Origin: Candidatus Saccharimonadota bacterium
GTDB lineage: Archaea; Micrarchaeota; Micrarchaeia; Micrarchaeales; Micrarchaeaceae
Assembly: GCA_963698035.1 (NCBI GenBank)
Contig: OY969114.1
Coordinates: 300,001 to 332,000, forward strand
Length of the DNA: 32,000 nucleotides
Direction: 5' to 3'
The position numbers were made by a program, and so were the translations under genes. Under the pieces are notes generated by a model, which was not told where the DNA came from, searched no databases, and was given only the letters and a program-made list of their open reading frames with translations. Of the stretch, positions 16,444 to 25,873 are shown piece by piece; the stretch's first letter is position 1; every line of letters starts with the position of its first letter.

Positions 16444-18876
16444 TTGCTTGTGGTGGTCTGTTTGCATATAGAAGGCGCTGTGCTTGATGTAGATTACCTG
16501 CTTGAGAGCGACAGCAAGGCGAATATAAGGATCACAGTCAAGGGAACAGATGGCAAGGCATACGAGCTCTTTGACACAGAGTTCGAACCCTACTTCTACC
16601 TGCTGCCAAACGAGGGGGTAAGTGCGAGCGAGCTCACAGAGGCATCAGGGGGCTGGGAGACGGTCCCTGCAAGGGTGGAGAACCTGAATAGGAAGGTCTA
16701 TGGAAAAGAGAGAGCGCTTTACAGGATAGTGGCGCGCAGCCCGATGAGCGTACCGAAACTGAGCGGTGCGATGGGCAGGTACGGAACCTGCTATGAGTAT
16801 GACATACCATTCGCCAAAAGGTACGTGCTTGACAAGGACATAACGCCTATGTCGAACTACGAGATAGAGGCAGAGCGCGAGGACGGGCTTCTCAAGATAA
16901 AGTCCATGAAACTCTCAAAGGACGCTCTTGCAATCGAATTCAACACGATGTGCTTCGACATAGAGGTATACAACCCGTTGGGCATACCGAGGGCTTCCAC
17001 CGATCCTGTCATAATGATAAGCTACGTATACCAATCGCACGGCAAGTCCGGCGAGGGGGTGTTGACCTACAAGGGCATAAAGAGGGATTTTGTCACAGTT
17101 GTGAAGGACGAGAGAGAGCTATTCGACGCCTTCGCAGCGAAGGTCAAGGAGCTGGACATAGATGTCATCATAGGGTACAATTCTGCAAACTTCGACATAA
17201 GATACATGATAGACAGGGCGAGGAAGCTTGGGGTGAAGTTCAACCTCAGCAGGTATGAGGGAGAGACCAGACTTGAGAGCCACGGCCTGGTGCAGAGGGT
17301 CAAGATAGGCGGCGTAGTCCACGTGGATATGTACCAGGTTGTGAAGTTCATATCCATAGTGGGATCATCGGAGAACATACTGAAGCTTAACAACTACACG
17401 CTCAAGAACGTCTATGAGGCGATAAGCGGCGGCAAGAAGACAAACGTGGACAAGCTTGGCATACACAGGCTCTGGGACGGGAGCGCAAAGGATCTGGAGA
17501 TGCTTGCAGACTACAACCTGAGCGACTCGCGCGCCCTGCAAGCGGTCTACGACATGTTCATCCCTGTAACGATCGAGCTCTCGAGGACGACCGGCGATGT
17601 CCTGAGCGATGTTGCGGTCTCCACGACCGGGCAGCTTGTCGATTATCTCTGTATGAGATATGCCCGCCGCGCGAACGAGATGGTGCCGAACAAGCCCAAC
17701 GAGAACGAGATAAAGAACAGGCTCGCCAACCCCATAGTGGGCGCCTATGTAAAGACACCCGATCCAGGCATCTACGAGAATCTTGCGATTTTCGACTTCA
17801 GGGGCCTGTACCCATCGATAATAATATCATACAACATCGACCCTGCAACGATATGCGACGGCTGCACAGACTACTACGAGTCCCCGCTCGGGACAAAGTT
17901 TGACAAGAAAAAGAAGGGGATAATGCCGCTCATACTGAAGGTCCTGATAGACCAGCGCGCTGTGGTGAAGAGGCAGTACAAGAAGAACCCAGACGACAAG
18001 TACCTGGGGTCGAGGTCTTCAGCGTTGAAAATCCTTTCTAACTCTTTCTACGGGTATCTGGGCTACGCCAGGTCGAGATGGTATTCGAGGGATTGCGCCG
18101 GCAGCGTGACGGCTTACGGCAGGCAGTACATAAAGGAGGCGATAAAGGCTGCTGAAGATAGGGGTTTCAGGGTGCTCTACGGCGACACCGATTCAATTGT
18201 AATGCTGCTTGAAGATAAGGCAAAGGAGGAGGCGTTGGCGTTCCTCAAGGAGTTCAATTCAAAGCTGCCGGAGAATATGGAGCTGGAGCTTGAGGACTTC
18301 TACAGGCGGGGAGTATTCGTTGGAAGGAAAACAGAGGGCGGCATAGAAGGGGCAAAGAAGAAGTACGCGTTGATATCAGAGTCGGGGCGAATAAAGATAA
18401 GGGGATTCGAGCTCGTAAGGAGGGACTGGTCGAAGATCGCCAGGGAGACGCAGAGGAAGGTGCTGGAAGCGATACTGCAGGAGGGGAGCGCAGAGAAGGC
18501 AGCAGAGATAGTGAAGCAGGTCATAAAGGCGCTGAAGGAGGGCAAGGTCCCGATGAGCGAGCTTGCGATAAATACGCAGCTTAGGAAGGGGATTGACAGC
18601 TATGATTCAAAGTCGCCCGAGCTCGGTGCTGCAAGAAAGGCGGTGAAGGCAGGCCTGAAAAGGAAGGATGAGGTGGAGGAGGCGGTGCTAAGCTTCGTGA
18701 TAACGAAGCACGGCTCGTCCATATCCGACAAGGCGGAGCTTGAGGAGTTCGCAAAGGATTACGATGCCGACTACTACATAAACCACCAGGTGCTGCCCGC
18801 AACAATGAGAATACTTAAAGAGCTTAACTTCAATGAGGATGAGTTGAAGGGGCTTGGTACCCAGATGAAGCTGTGA
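16444..18876 (+). CDS. polB: Family B DNA polymerase
   Basis: Exonuclease motifs are FDIEV, NSANFDIRY and YNLSDSRAL. Polymerase motifs are DFRGLYPSII, KILSNSFYGYLG and YGDTDS. There is no intein. The true start may be GTG 16480, giving M-LDVDYLLE, the usual PolB N-terminus. Confidence 0.93.
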   Translation: MLVVVCLHIEGAVLDVDYLLESDSKANIRITVKGTDGKAYELFDTEFEPYFYLLPNEGVSASELTEASGGWETVPARVENLNRKVYGKERALYRIVARSPMSVPKLSGAMGRYGTCYEYDIPFAKRYVLDKDITPMSNYEIEAEREDGLLKIKSMKLSKDALAIEFNTMCFDIEVYNPLGIPRASTDPVIMISYVYQSHGKSGEGVLTYKGIKRDFVTVVKDERELFDAFAAKVKELDIDVIIGYNSANFDIRYMIDRARKLGVKFNLSRYEGETRLESHGLVQRVKIGGVVHVDMYQVVKFISIVGSSENILKLNNYTLKNVYEAISGGKKTNVDKLGIHRLWDGSAKDLEMLADYNLSDSRALQAVYDMFIPVTIELSRTTGDVLSDVAVSTTGQLVDYLCMRYARRANEMVPNKPNENEIKNRLANPIVGAYVKTPDPGIYENLAIFDFRGLYPSIIISYNIDPATICDGCTDYYESPLGTKFDKKKKGIMPLILKVLIDQRAVVKRQYKKNPDDKYLGSRSSALKILSNSFYGYLGYARSRWYSRDCAGSVTAYGRQYIKEAIKAAEDRGFRVLYGDTDSIVMLLEDKAKEEALAFLKEFNSKLPENMELELEDFYRRGVFVGRKTEGGIEGAKKKYALISESGRIKIRGFELVRRDWSKIARETQRKVLEAILQEGSAEKAAEIVKQVIKALKEGKVPMSELAINTQLRKGIDSYDSKSPELGAARKAVKAGLKRKDEVEEAVLSFVITKHGSSISDKAELEEFAKDYDADYYINHQVLPATMRILKELNFNEDELKGLGTQMKL

Positions 18877-18880
18877 TGCT

Positions 18881-19789
18881 ATGGAAGATGAAAAGGTTGA
18901 TCCGAAGGTCTTGGAGGAGGTAGGAGCAATATCGTACAAGGCACTGATGGCCGCCAAGGAAAGGGTGAGGCCGGGGGCGAAGCTACTCGATGTTGCGAAC
19001 TACGTAGAAAAATTCCTAAAGGACAATGGATACGGCATGGCATTCCCGCTCAACCTCTCTGTGAACAACCAGGCTGCGCACTATACGCCGTCGGTCGATG
19101 ATGAAACGGTGTTCGGGGAGACCGACATTGTAAAAGTCGACTTTGGCGCAGAGAAAGGCGGAGTACTTGGCGACTGCGCGGTGACTGTGGATCTATCGCA
19201 GAACAATCAGAAACTGGTTGAGGCGGCGCAGAAGGCACTGCTGAATGCGATAGCGATTGCCAAGGTGGGAGTTATGGTTAAGGACATAGGCAAGGAGATA
19301 GAGCGTACAATAAAATCGATGGGCTTTGTGCCCATAGCAAACTTGGGAGGCCACAGCATTGAGATGCACGATCTGCACTCCCACATATTTGTGCCCAACT
19401 TCGACAATGGCGATGATACGGCTCTGGATGAGGGTGCGGTAGTAGCGATTGAGCCGTTCGCCACGAACGGAAAGGGAATGGTAACTGAGAGCGACATCTG
19501 CGACATATACAGCTACGATATGGATTCGCAGACAAGGATGAGGGAGTCGAGGCTGGCACTTGAGGAGATAAAGAAGAATTACCCGCATGAGCCATTCGCG
19601 GTAAGATGGCTCTCAGGCGCAGTTCCGTCAAGATTCGGCCTCTATGCAGGAATCGCAGAGCTTGCAAGGTCTGGAGTTCTTACTGCATACCCGACATTGA
19701 TAGAGCTGGGTAGGGGGCTTGTTTCCCAGGCAGAGGCAGAGATTGTTGTAGAGAAAGATGGCTGCAAGGTGCTCACTCGATTAGTTTAA
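18881..19789 (+). CDS. map: Methionine aminopeptidase, type 2 (archaeal)
   Basis: It shows the pita-bread fold with FPLNLSVNNQAAHYTP, DFGA and GHSIEMH..H metal-ligand context. It starts 5 nt after the polB stop. Confidence 0.88.
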   Translation: MEDEKVDPKVLEEVGAISYKALMAAKERVRPGAKLLDVANYVEKFLKDNGYGMAFPLNLSVNNQAAHYTPSVDDETVFGETDIVKVDFGAEKGGVLGDCAVTVDLSQNNQKLVEAAQKALLNAIAIAKVGVMVKDIGKEIERTIKSMGFVPIANLGGHSIEMHDLHSHIFVPNFDNGDDTALDEGAVVAIEPFATNGKGMVTESDICDIYSYDMDSQTRMRESRLALEEIKKNYPHEPFAVRWLSGAVPSRFGLYAGIAELARSGVLTAYPTLIELGRGLVSQAEAEIVVEKDGCKVLTRLV

Positions 19790-19802
19790 ATAGACAGATT
19801 AA

Positions 19803-22088
19803 TCAGCCGCACTCGCTGTGGCCGCACTTTATGCAGGTGAAGCATCCCGATGCCGCTACCATCGTAGTGCCGCACTCCGAGCACTTCGATTCCGTTGTTG
19901 AGGACATTATGTAGGTCCCTGCTCCCTCCCTGATTGCAGCTATCGTTACTCCCTTGTGCTCCTCCTGCCGCTCCTCGTGCCTTTTCTTGATGTCGGCGAA
20001 CGTATCGATGCGCTGCTGCGGGTTCTCCCCTACAGCCTGCAGTATCTGGACGTTCTTGCTGCCGTCCCTGTAGACGGTTATGCCCTTGCATCCAAGGTCG
20101 TACGCCAGCTTGTAAGCCTTCTCTATATCCTGCGGTGTGGCCCAGTTGGGGAAGTTTATCGTCTTCGATACAGAATTATCAACGTGCTTCTGAAACGCTG
20201 CCTGCATCTTGACATGCCATTCGGGCGCTATGTCGTATGCTGTGACGAACAGTTTCCTCTCCTCCAATGGTATCTGCTCTACGTCCTGTATTGATACCTT
20301 GCCTGCGAGGCCCCTCATAAGCTCCTCTGAATAGTATCCCTTCTCCAGAGCCCTTCTCTCGAACTCATTGTTGACCTCTATCAGATCGTAGCCAAGAGTT
20401 GAGTGTACGTTTCTCAGATATACGACCGCGAATATCGGCTCCATCCCCTGTGATGTCCCCCCAGCTATTATGCTGATCGTCCCTGTCGGCGCAACGGTCG
20501 TTATCGTGGAGTTCCTAAGCGGCTTTGAGCCAAGCTTGTACCAGATGCTCTCCTTGAACGCCGGGAATGGGCCTCTCTCTTCGGCGAGCTCCTGGCTCAT
20601 CTTCCTTCCCTGCTCGGTTATGAAAGACATTACCTGCTCGGCGAGCAGCAGGGCCTCGTTGCTGTTGTACCTTATCCCGAGCGCTATCAGCATGTCCGCC
20701 CATCCCATTACTCCAAGGCCGATCCTTCTCGTCGCATGGACCACCTCGGTTATCTGGAGCAGCGGGTACTTATTTGCGTCTATCACGCCATCGAGGAACC
20801 TTACACCGAGCCTGGTCACCCTTTTCAGCTCATCCCAGTTGACCTCGAAGTGATGGTCAAGCTGCTTCACCATCATCGCAAGGTTTAGCGATCCAAGGTT
20901 GCATGCGTCGTACGGCGTTAAAGCTTGTTCACCGCAAGGATTTGTCGCTTCTATCGGCCCATATGACGGAACAGGATTCGATAAGCTCGAGTTCATCCTG
21001 TCTATGAAGACAAGTCCGGGGTCCCCCGTCTTCCACGCCATCGTGACTATGAGGTTCCAGATCGCCCTTGCATTGAGCCTTCCCGTTACCTTGCCGTTCC
21101 TTGGGTTTATTAAATTGTAGTCCCTGTTGCCCTCAAGTGCCTTCATGAATTCCTCTGTCACAGCAACCGATATGTTGAAGTTCTTGAGGGTGCCCTCATT
21201 CTCCTTTATCATTATGAAATCAAGTATGTCTGGATGATCTATCCTTAGTACGCCCATGTTTGCGCCCCTCCTAACCCCTGCCTGTTTTATCTGTTCTGTT
21301 GCCGCATCGAACACCTTCATGAAAGAGACAGGGCCGCTTGCCATGCGCCTGTTTGGTCCAACGAGGTCGTTGGCGGGTCTCAGCCTTGAGAACGAGAACC
21401 CGGTTCCGCCGCCCGACTTGTGTATTATTGCTGCGTACTTTATAGCGTCAAATATCTCATCAATTGAATCCCCGACAGGTATAACGAAGCATGCGCTCAA
21501 CTGGCTTTCTGGGGTCCCTGCATTCATAAGGATTGGCGTGCTCGCCATGAACCTGAAGGTTGTCATAGCATCGAAGTATTCCTTCGCGCGATCGTTGACC
21601 TGCTCCTGTGTTTTCCCATATTTAAGCTCGACATTTGCTATCGCCATCGAGACCCTCTCAAAGAGCTGCCTCGGCGTTTCCATTACCCTGTTATTCTCAT
21701 CTTTTAGCAGGTATCTTGCCCCAAGGACCATCAGGCTGTTGACCGGCATCTTGAGCCCGTCATCGACTATGCCGAGCGACTTCTTGAAGGCCCTTATCTC
21801 GGCCCTCTTGTGCCTGTAGAGTATATATGCCTTGGCGACGTTGGCATCGCTTTCCATGAGCGCCTTCTCGACCAGGTCCTGTATGTCCTCCACATGCCAC
21901 TCCTGCTTGCTAGTAGCGTTGATCGCCTCCACGACCTTGGATGTAACCTTGCTGGCCTCGGTAACATTCTCCTCCGCGGACCTATCCATGTAGACATTCC
22001 CAAACGCCTTGCTGATTGCGCTTGTTATCTTCCCCTGATCAAAAACAACTCTCTGCCCGTCTCTTTTTATAATAAATTCAACACCCAT
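19803..22088 (-). CDS. nrdJ: Class II (adenosylcobalamin-dependent) ribonucleotide reductase with an N-terminal ATP-cone and a C-terminal Cys-rich zinc ribbon
   Basis: The ATP-cone is IIKRDGQRVVFDQGKITSAI. The active-site region is TNPCGEQALTPYDACNLGSLNL. The C-terminus is CSECGTTMVAASGCFTCIKCGHSECG. Confidence 0.9.
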   Translation of the reverse strand: MGVEFIIKRDGQRVVFDQGKITSAISKAFGNVYMDRSAEENVTEASKVTSKVVEAINATSKQEWHVEDIQDLVEKALMESDANVAKAYILYRHKRAEIRAFKKSLGIVDDGLKMPVNSLMVLGARYLLKDENNRVMETPRQLFERVSMAIANVELKYGKTQEQVNDRAKEYFDAMTTFRFMASTPILMNAGTPESQLSACFVIPVGDSIDEIFDAIKYAAIIHKSGGGTGFSFSRLRPANDLVGPNRRMASGPVSFMKVFDAATEQIKQAGVRRGANMGVLRIDHPDILDFIMIKENEGTLKNFNISVAVTEEFMKALEGNRDYNLINPRNGKVTGRLNARAIWNLIVTMAWKTGDPGLVFIDRMNSSLSNPVPSYGPIEATNPCGEQALTPYDACNLGSLNLAMMVKQLDHHFEVNWDELKRVTRLGVRFLDGVIDANKYPLLQITEVVHATRRIGLGVMGWADMLIALGIRYNSNEALLLAEQVMSFITEQGRKMSQELAEERGPFPAFKESIWYKLGSKPLRNSTITTVAPTGTISIIAGGTSQGMEPIFAVVYLRNVHSTLGYDLIEVNNEFERRALEKGYYSEELMRGLAGKVSIQDVEQIPLEERKLFVTAYDIAPEWHVKMQAAFQKHVDNSVSKTINFPNWATPQDIEKAYKLAYDLGCKGITVYRDGSKNVQILQAVGENPQQRIDTFADIKKRHEERQEEHKGVTIAAIREGAGTYIMSSTTESKCSECGTTMVAASGCFTCIKCGHSECG

Positions 22089-22236
22089 CAGATCGCCCCG
22101 AGGAAAAATTTCCTGCGTGGAAGGATATTAGGAATAAGATTTTTAAATGGTTATGGGATGCTTTGTGATGTAATTAAACCATTTGGTTTCCATTCTCCCA
22201 GAATGTTTCCTTTAGTAAAAGCTTGACGGTATGGCT

Positions 22237-22704
22237 TCAGTGCACAGCAGTATCGGCGATCCCTATGTCGTCGCAAGCCTCCTTGAACTGGGTCAGCAGT
22301 TCATTCCATACCTCGTTGTAAAGGGCTTGCTGCTGGTGGTCGACGTTGAAGAAGAGCCATGAATGGAAGGCGCCGTCCGAGATTCCTTTGTTCAGCACCT
22401 CGCTTATGTCTGACGCAGAGATGGTTTTCCATCTTGAGGCTGCCGCTTGATGGTATTCCTCCTTTACCTCGCCGTTGTTCAAGTCGGTTGGATTACCTGT
22501 TATCAGGTTGTGTGTCCTCCATGACTGACCTGATGAAAATGAGGCAACGAGAACCGCCATTAACACTGCACGTTTCTCTTCTTCGCTGAGGATGGCTGCA
22601 CCATTTTTCAGTGCAATCTTACGGATTCTGGTTGCGAGAACGTCATATTTGGTTATGTTATGCTTTAAAGGCATAAATTGCCCCAAATTTACCGGGTTTT
22701 TCAC
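22237..22704 (-). CDS. Hypothetical protein
   Basis: This is a 155-aa ATG ORF flanked by AT-rich intergenic DNA. I recognised no motif. Confidence 0.45.
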   Translation of the reverse strand: MKNPVNLGQFMPLKHNITKYDVLATRIRKIALKNGAAILSEEEKRAVLMAVLVASFSSGQSWRTHNLITGNPTDLNNGEVKEEYHQAAASRWKTISASDISEVLNKGISDGAFHSWLFFNVDHQQQALYNEVWNELLTQFKEACDDIGIADTAVH

Positions 22705-22807
22705 CGATTAATTTTTTTAAGGCCTTAACGTTTCTATCTTAAGATTAAACACGATAATATAAAAGCATGTAAGATAAATTAGATTCTGAAATAGGCAGAA
22801 TTTTCTT

Positions 22808-23239
22808 GTGCCCTGGGCGATTCGAATGGGAATATTCAACATTTTTGGAAAGAAGGATGCGGGATCTGAGCTGGCAAAGCCATCTCCTTTCAGGGTCTTC
22901 ACGGAATGGACGCCATACAGCCTATACGCGAATAGGAACAACTCCGCCACGCTCAACATAAGGTTGAAGAACCTCACATCGGAGATGCTGCTGACCTCTA
23001 TTGTGGTCGAACTCCCGCAGAACCTTGCGTTCGACACTATGGGAGTATCCAAGCAGAGGGAGGTAAGGGTCGGCGAACTTGCTGGCGGTGAGGAGAAGGA
23101 CATAGGGGTGGAGGTATTCGGAAGCTTAAAGTCGGATCCTGGTGAATACACAGTAACGCTTACAGCGATAGCGCATTATAGGGACTACGGGCATGTGCTC
23201 AATGCGGTGAAGAAGAGGACTAACCTGAGAGTCGTCTGA
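22808..23239 (+). CDS. Hypothetical beta-rich (Ig/CARDB-like?) protein
   Basis: The ORF starts at GTG 22808 or ATG 22826 (MGIFNIFGKK). The alternating beta-strand pattern (TLNIRLKNLTSE...EYTVTLTAIAHY) is more protein-like than the low-complexity antisense ORF 22717-23151. Confidence 0.45.
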   Translation: MPWAIRMGIFNIFGKKDAGSELAKPSPFRVFTEWTPYSLYANRNNSATLNIRLKNLTSEMLLTSIVVELPQNLAFDTMGVSKQREVRVGELAGGEEKDIGVEVFGSLKSDPGEYTVTLTAIAHYRDYGHVLNAVKKRTNLRVV

Positions 23240-23578
23240 TCACTTGTGCGGCTCCACAGGCTTCTGCGGCTGCGGCTGCCCGATTATACTATATATGCCC
23301 GCGACCATGTCTGCCAGCTGAGAGCCCTTGTCCGTAAGCTTTATCACCTTTATCTTTCCGTGGCGCTCGCTGGTAGTGATTCCCATCGCCTCGCACATGC
23401 CTATGAACCTACAGGTGTGGACGTAAGTCGTATCCGTCGCCTTCGCGAGAGAGGAGATGTACCAGTTCTGGCCGGGGGTTCTCAAAGACATTATTATCCT
23501 TGCCTGCTTGTCCTTGAAGATTATCGTCTTTTCTTTCTTGGGCTGCTCCTGCTTCGGCTCCGCCTTCTGTTCTGCCAT
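23240..23578 (-). CDS. Small winged-helix DNA-binding protein with K/Q/P-rich termini
   Basis: WYISSLAKATDTTYVHTCRFIGMCEAMGITTSERHGKIKVIKLTDKG fits a wHTH (H2-H3-wing). Its 3' end is convergent with the 22808 gene, with no gap. Confidence 0.55.
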   Translation of the reverse strand: MAEQKAEPKQEQPKKEKTIIFKDKQARIIMSLRTPGQNWYISSLAKATDTTYVHTCRFIGMCEAMGITTSERHGKIKVIKLTDKGSQLADMVAGIYSIIGQPQPQKPVEPHK

Positions 23579-23718
23579 CCAATCTTACTAGATTTGTAAA
23601 TTCGGCTATAAAATACCATATCTAGACAGATTAGCGAGGAATTCCACATGCCCGTGCGCAACATACGTATTTTAATAGTTTACGTCATAATACCTCTAGT
23701 GCGACTGAAGGTGTTCGA

Positions 23719-23970
23719 ATGGTAAAATACATCATTGCAAAGCAACTTGTAGGGAAGCGTGTAATAACAAGTGATGGGTACGACCTTGGGAGGTTCGTTG
23801 ATGCGGAAATAAGCGATGTTACAGGAAAGATAAACGCTATTCTTGTGGAACCGAGTCTTGATGGGGGGCTTGCGAACAAAGTTAAGGTTGATGGCGGCAT
23901 TGTGAGGGTACCTTACGCCTCTGTTAAGGCGGTTAACGATTTCATAGTCGTTGACAGGAAAGACCTCTGA
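23719..23970 (+). CDS. PRC-barrel domain protein
   Basis: LVGKRVITSDGYDLGRFVDAEISDVTGKINAILVEP ... VPYASVKAVNDFIVV is the typical PRC-barrel pattern. Confidence 0.7.
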   Translation: MVKYIIAKQLVGKRVITSDGYDLGRFVDAEISDVTGKINAILVEPSLDGGLANKVKVDGGIVRVPYASVKAVNDFIVVDRKDL

Positions 23971-24009
23971 AACTGCAGGATAGGCGCCTGTTATTCCGGT
24001 AGTAACCCA

Positions 24010-24717
24010 TTGGGTGGTTTCATAATAATCTGTGGTGGTGACGAGGCTGGTAGGGGCGCACTGATAGGGCCCTTGGTAATCGCAATCGTATCGGTAAATA
24101 AGAGCTCGGAGCACAAGCTGGCCGACATAGGGGTAAGGGATTCGAAGCTGCTTTCTAGAAAGAGGCGCGAGAACCTCTATGACATGATAAAGGATATCGC
24201 TGTGGATGTCAAGGTGGACAAGATTTATCCAGCGGAGATAAATGAGGCGATGAGGGGGAACATCTCGCTAAACGAGCTCGAGGCGCTCCACTTCGCAAAG
24301 CTCTTCGACAGGTTCAATAGTGAGGTAGGAACCCTGTATCTTGACTCGCCTGACGTAATAGCGGAGAAGTTCGGCATACGTGTCAACCTATCATCATCGA
24401 AGCCGACGAGGATCGTTGGAATCAGCTCGAAGGGCGAAAAAGGGGTTAGATATACCAAGATAGTCGCGGAGCATAAGGCTGATGCAAGGTATCCGGTTGT
24501 CTCCGCTGCAAGCATAATAGCGAAAGTGGAGAGGGACCGGGCGATCGACAAGATTGCAAATGACCTAGGCATTGAGCTTGGCTCTGGATACCCGGCAGAC
24601 TCATTCACCATAAGCGCTGTTAAAGGAAACATGAAGAGCGAGGCCCTAAGGGTCCATATAAGGCAGTACTGGCAGACCATGCAGACAATAAAGCAGACCA
24701 GGCTTACCAATTTTTAG
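24010..24717 (+). CDS. rnhB: Ribonuclease HII
   Basis: GGDEAGRGALIGPLVIA carries the DEAGRG catalytic motif, and SASIIAKVERD and GSGYPAD are also present. It uses a TTG start. Confidence 0.88.
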   Translation: MGGFIIICGGDEAGRGALIGPLVIAIVSVNKSSEHKLADIGVRDSKLLSRKRRENLYDMIKDIAVDVKVDKIYPAEINEAMRGNISLNELEALHFAKLFDRFNSEVGTLYLDSPDVIAEKFGIRVNLSSSKPTRIVGISSKGEKGVRYTKIVAEHKADARYPVVSAASIIAKVERDRAIDKIANDLGIELGSGYPADSFTISAVKGNMKSEALRVHIRQYWQTMQTIKQTRLTNF

Positions 24718-24753
24718 CTATAGATATATTGCTTTCTCTTCCTAATAGATATC

Positions 24754-24859
24754 GGATCTGTGGCGCAACTTGGATAGCGCGCCGGGCTTCGGACCCGGAT
24801 GTTGCGGGTTCAAAATAAACTTTTGTTACCAAAAGCTTATGAAAATCCCGCCAGATCCG
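24754..24859 (+). tRNA. tRNA-Arg (anticodon TCG) with a 31-nt non-canonical intron in the T-loop (59/60)
   Basis: The hand fold gives acceptor GGATCTG/CAGATCC, D stem GCGC/GCGC with loop AACTTGGATA, and anticodon stem CCGGG/CCCGG with loop CTTCGGA. The variable region is ATGTT. The T stem is GCGGG (24804-08) / CCCGC (24847-51). The T-loop TTCAAA|T is split by 24815-24845. The discriminator is G, and no CCA is encoded. Confidence 0.85.
24815..24845 (+). other. tRNA intron flanked by an hBHBh' splicing motif
   Basis: The central 4-bp helix is TTCA (24809-12) / TGAA (24840-43). The 3-nt bulges are AAA (24813-15) and AAT (24844-46) on opposite strands. The inner helix is TAA.CTTTTG/CAAAAG.TTA with loop TTAC, and the outer helix is the T stem. 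Confidence 0.8.
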
Positions 24860-24879
24860 TTTATGTTGAAGTGCTGGCT

Positions 24880-25869
24880 ATGCAAAATATCATAGTGGTA
24901 GACAACGTTGTCAAGCGGTTCAAGACCTACAAAAGCAAGAGCGGCGCAAAGTCGTTCTTCAGAAGGAAGAAGGTCACCGTAACCGCCTTAGACAAGGTCA
25001 GCTTTAGCGTGAAGCAGGGTGAGTTGCTTGCCCTGCTGGGAAGGAACGGTAGTGGCAAGTCGACGCTGCTGAAGATGCTTATTGGGATATTGCATCCGGA
25101 CGAGGGCAAAATAAGGGTTTTGGGTCTTGATCCGACCGTGGACAGGATAAAACTGGTGCAACAGGTCGGCGTAGTGTTCGGATCCACCCATCCGCAGCTT
25201 TGGTGGGATCTGCCTCCAATCGATACGTTCAATTACATCAAGGGGATGTACAACGTTTCAGATAAGGCATTCGACAAGCAGCTAAAGTATTTTATTGACC
25301 TTTTGGACCTGAAAAAGGTTTATACCGGACAGACCCGGCAGCTTTCCATGGGGGAGCGAATGAAGTGCGAGTTTGTCGCGGCAAACCTTCACTCACCTAA
25401 GATAGTTTTCATGGACGAGCCGACCATCGGGGTCGACCTTCCATCGAGGGTTGCCATATCGAACGCAATTCTCGCCGTAAGGAAGGAACTTGGCACCACT
25501 TCCATCATAACAACCCATGTAGTTGAAGATATTGCAAGCGTCGACAGAATAATACTGCTAGACAGGGGCAAGAAGATGTTTGACGGCACACAGCAGAAAA
25601 TGAGTAATCTTTTCAAGAGGGTCGTCACAGTAGAGCTCTACTTCTCTGGGAAGGTTGAGCCAAAATACCTGCATTTCGGACAGCTACTTGCCAAGGGAGA
25701 CACTTATGTAAAGGTCAAAGTCAGCCCTTCTGTCATAAAGCAGGGATGGTTCATCAGAATGCTAAACGACAAAAAGATAGTTAATTACAGAATTGCAGAG
25801 CCTGGGCTTACCTTCCTGCTAAGCCAGATGTATAGGAGCCTGGACAAGAGTAAGAGAAGCAAGGTGTAG
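24880..25869 (+). CDS. ABC transporter ATP-binding protein (COG4586-like uncharacterised family)
   Basis: It has Walker A GRNGSGKST, the family-typical QLWWDLP, the signature LSMGERMK, Walker B IVFMDEPT and the H-loop TTHVVED. ATG 24880 (MQNIIVVDNV) is used because the ORF-track start at 24799 runs through the tRNA. Confidence 0.85.
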   Translation: MQNIIVVDNVVKRFKTYKSKSGAKSFFRRKKVTVTALDKVSFSVKQGELLALLGRNGSGKSTLLKMLIGILHPDEGKIRVLGLDPTVDRIKLVQQVGVVFGSTHPQLWWDLPPIDTFNYIKGMYNVSDKAFDKQLKYFIDLLDLKKVYTGQTRQLSMGERMKCEFVAANLHSPKIVFMDEPTIGVDLPSRVAISNAILAVRKELGTTSIITTHVVEDIASVDRIILLDRGKKMFDGTQQKMSNLFKRVVTVELYFSGKVEPKYLHFGQLLAKGDTYVKVKVSPSVIKQGWFIRMLNDKKIVNYRIAEPGLTFLLSQMYRSLDKSKRSKV

Positions 25870-25873
25870 GGAG

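Noticed and set aside
22717-23151. A 144-aa minus-strand ORF competing with the 22808-23239 plus-strand ORF. The 7602-8033 plus-strand ORF likewise competes with 7622-8071 minus.
   Set aside because: The rejected partners encode Ser/Pro/Thr- or Ser/Leu/Gly-rich low-complexity sequence lacking plausible starts or SD sequences. The chosen strands give more globular-looking proteins. Confidence remains modest for both loci.
24799-24879. An N-terminal extension of the ABC ATPase ORF (MLRVQNKLLLPKAYENPARSVYVEVLA...).
   Set aside because: It overlaps the 3' half, the intron and the 3' exon of tRNA-Arg. The conserved ATPase N-terminus begins at ATG 24880 (MQNIIVVDNVVKRF).
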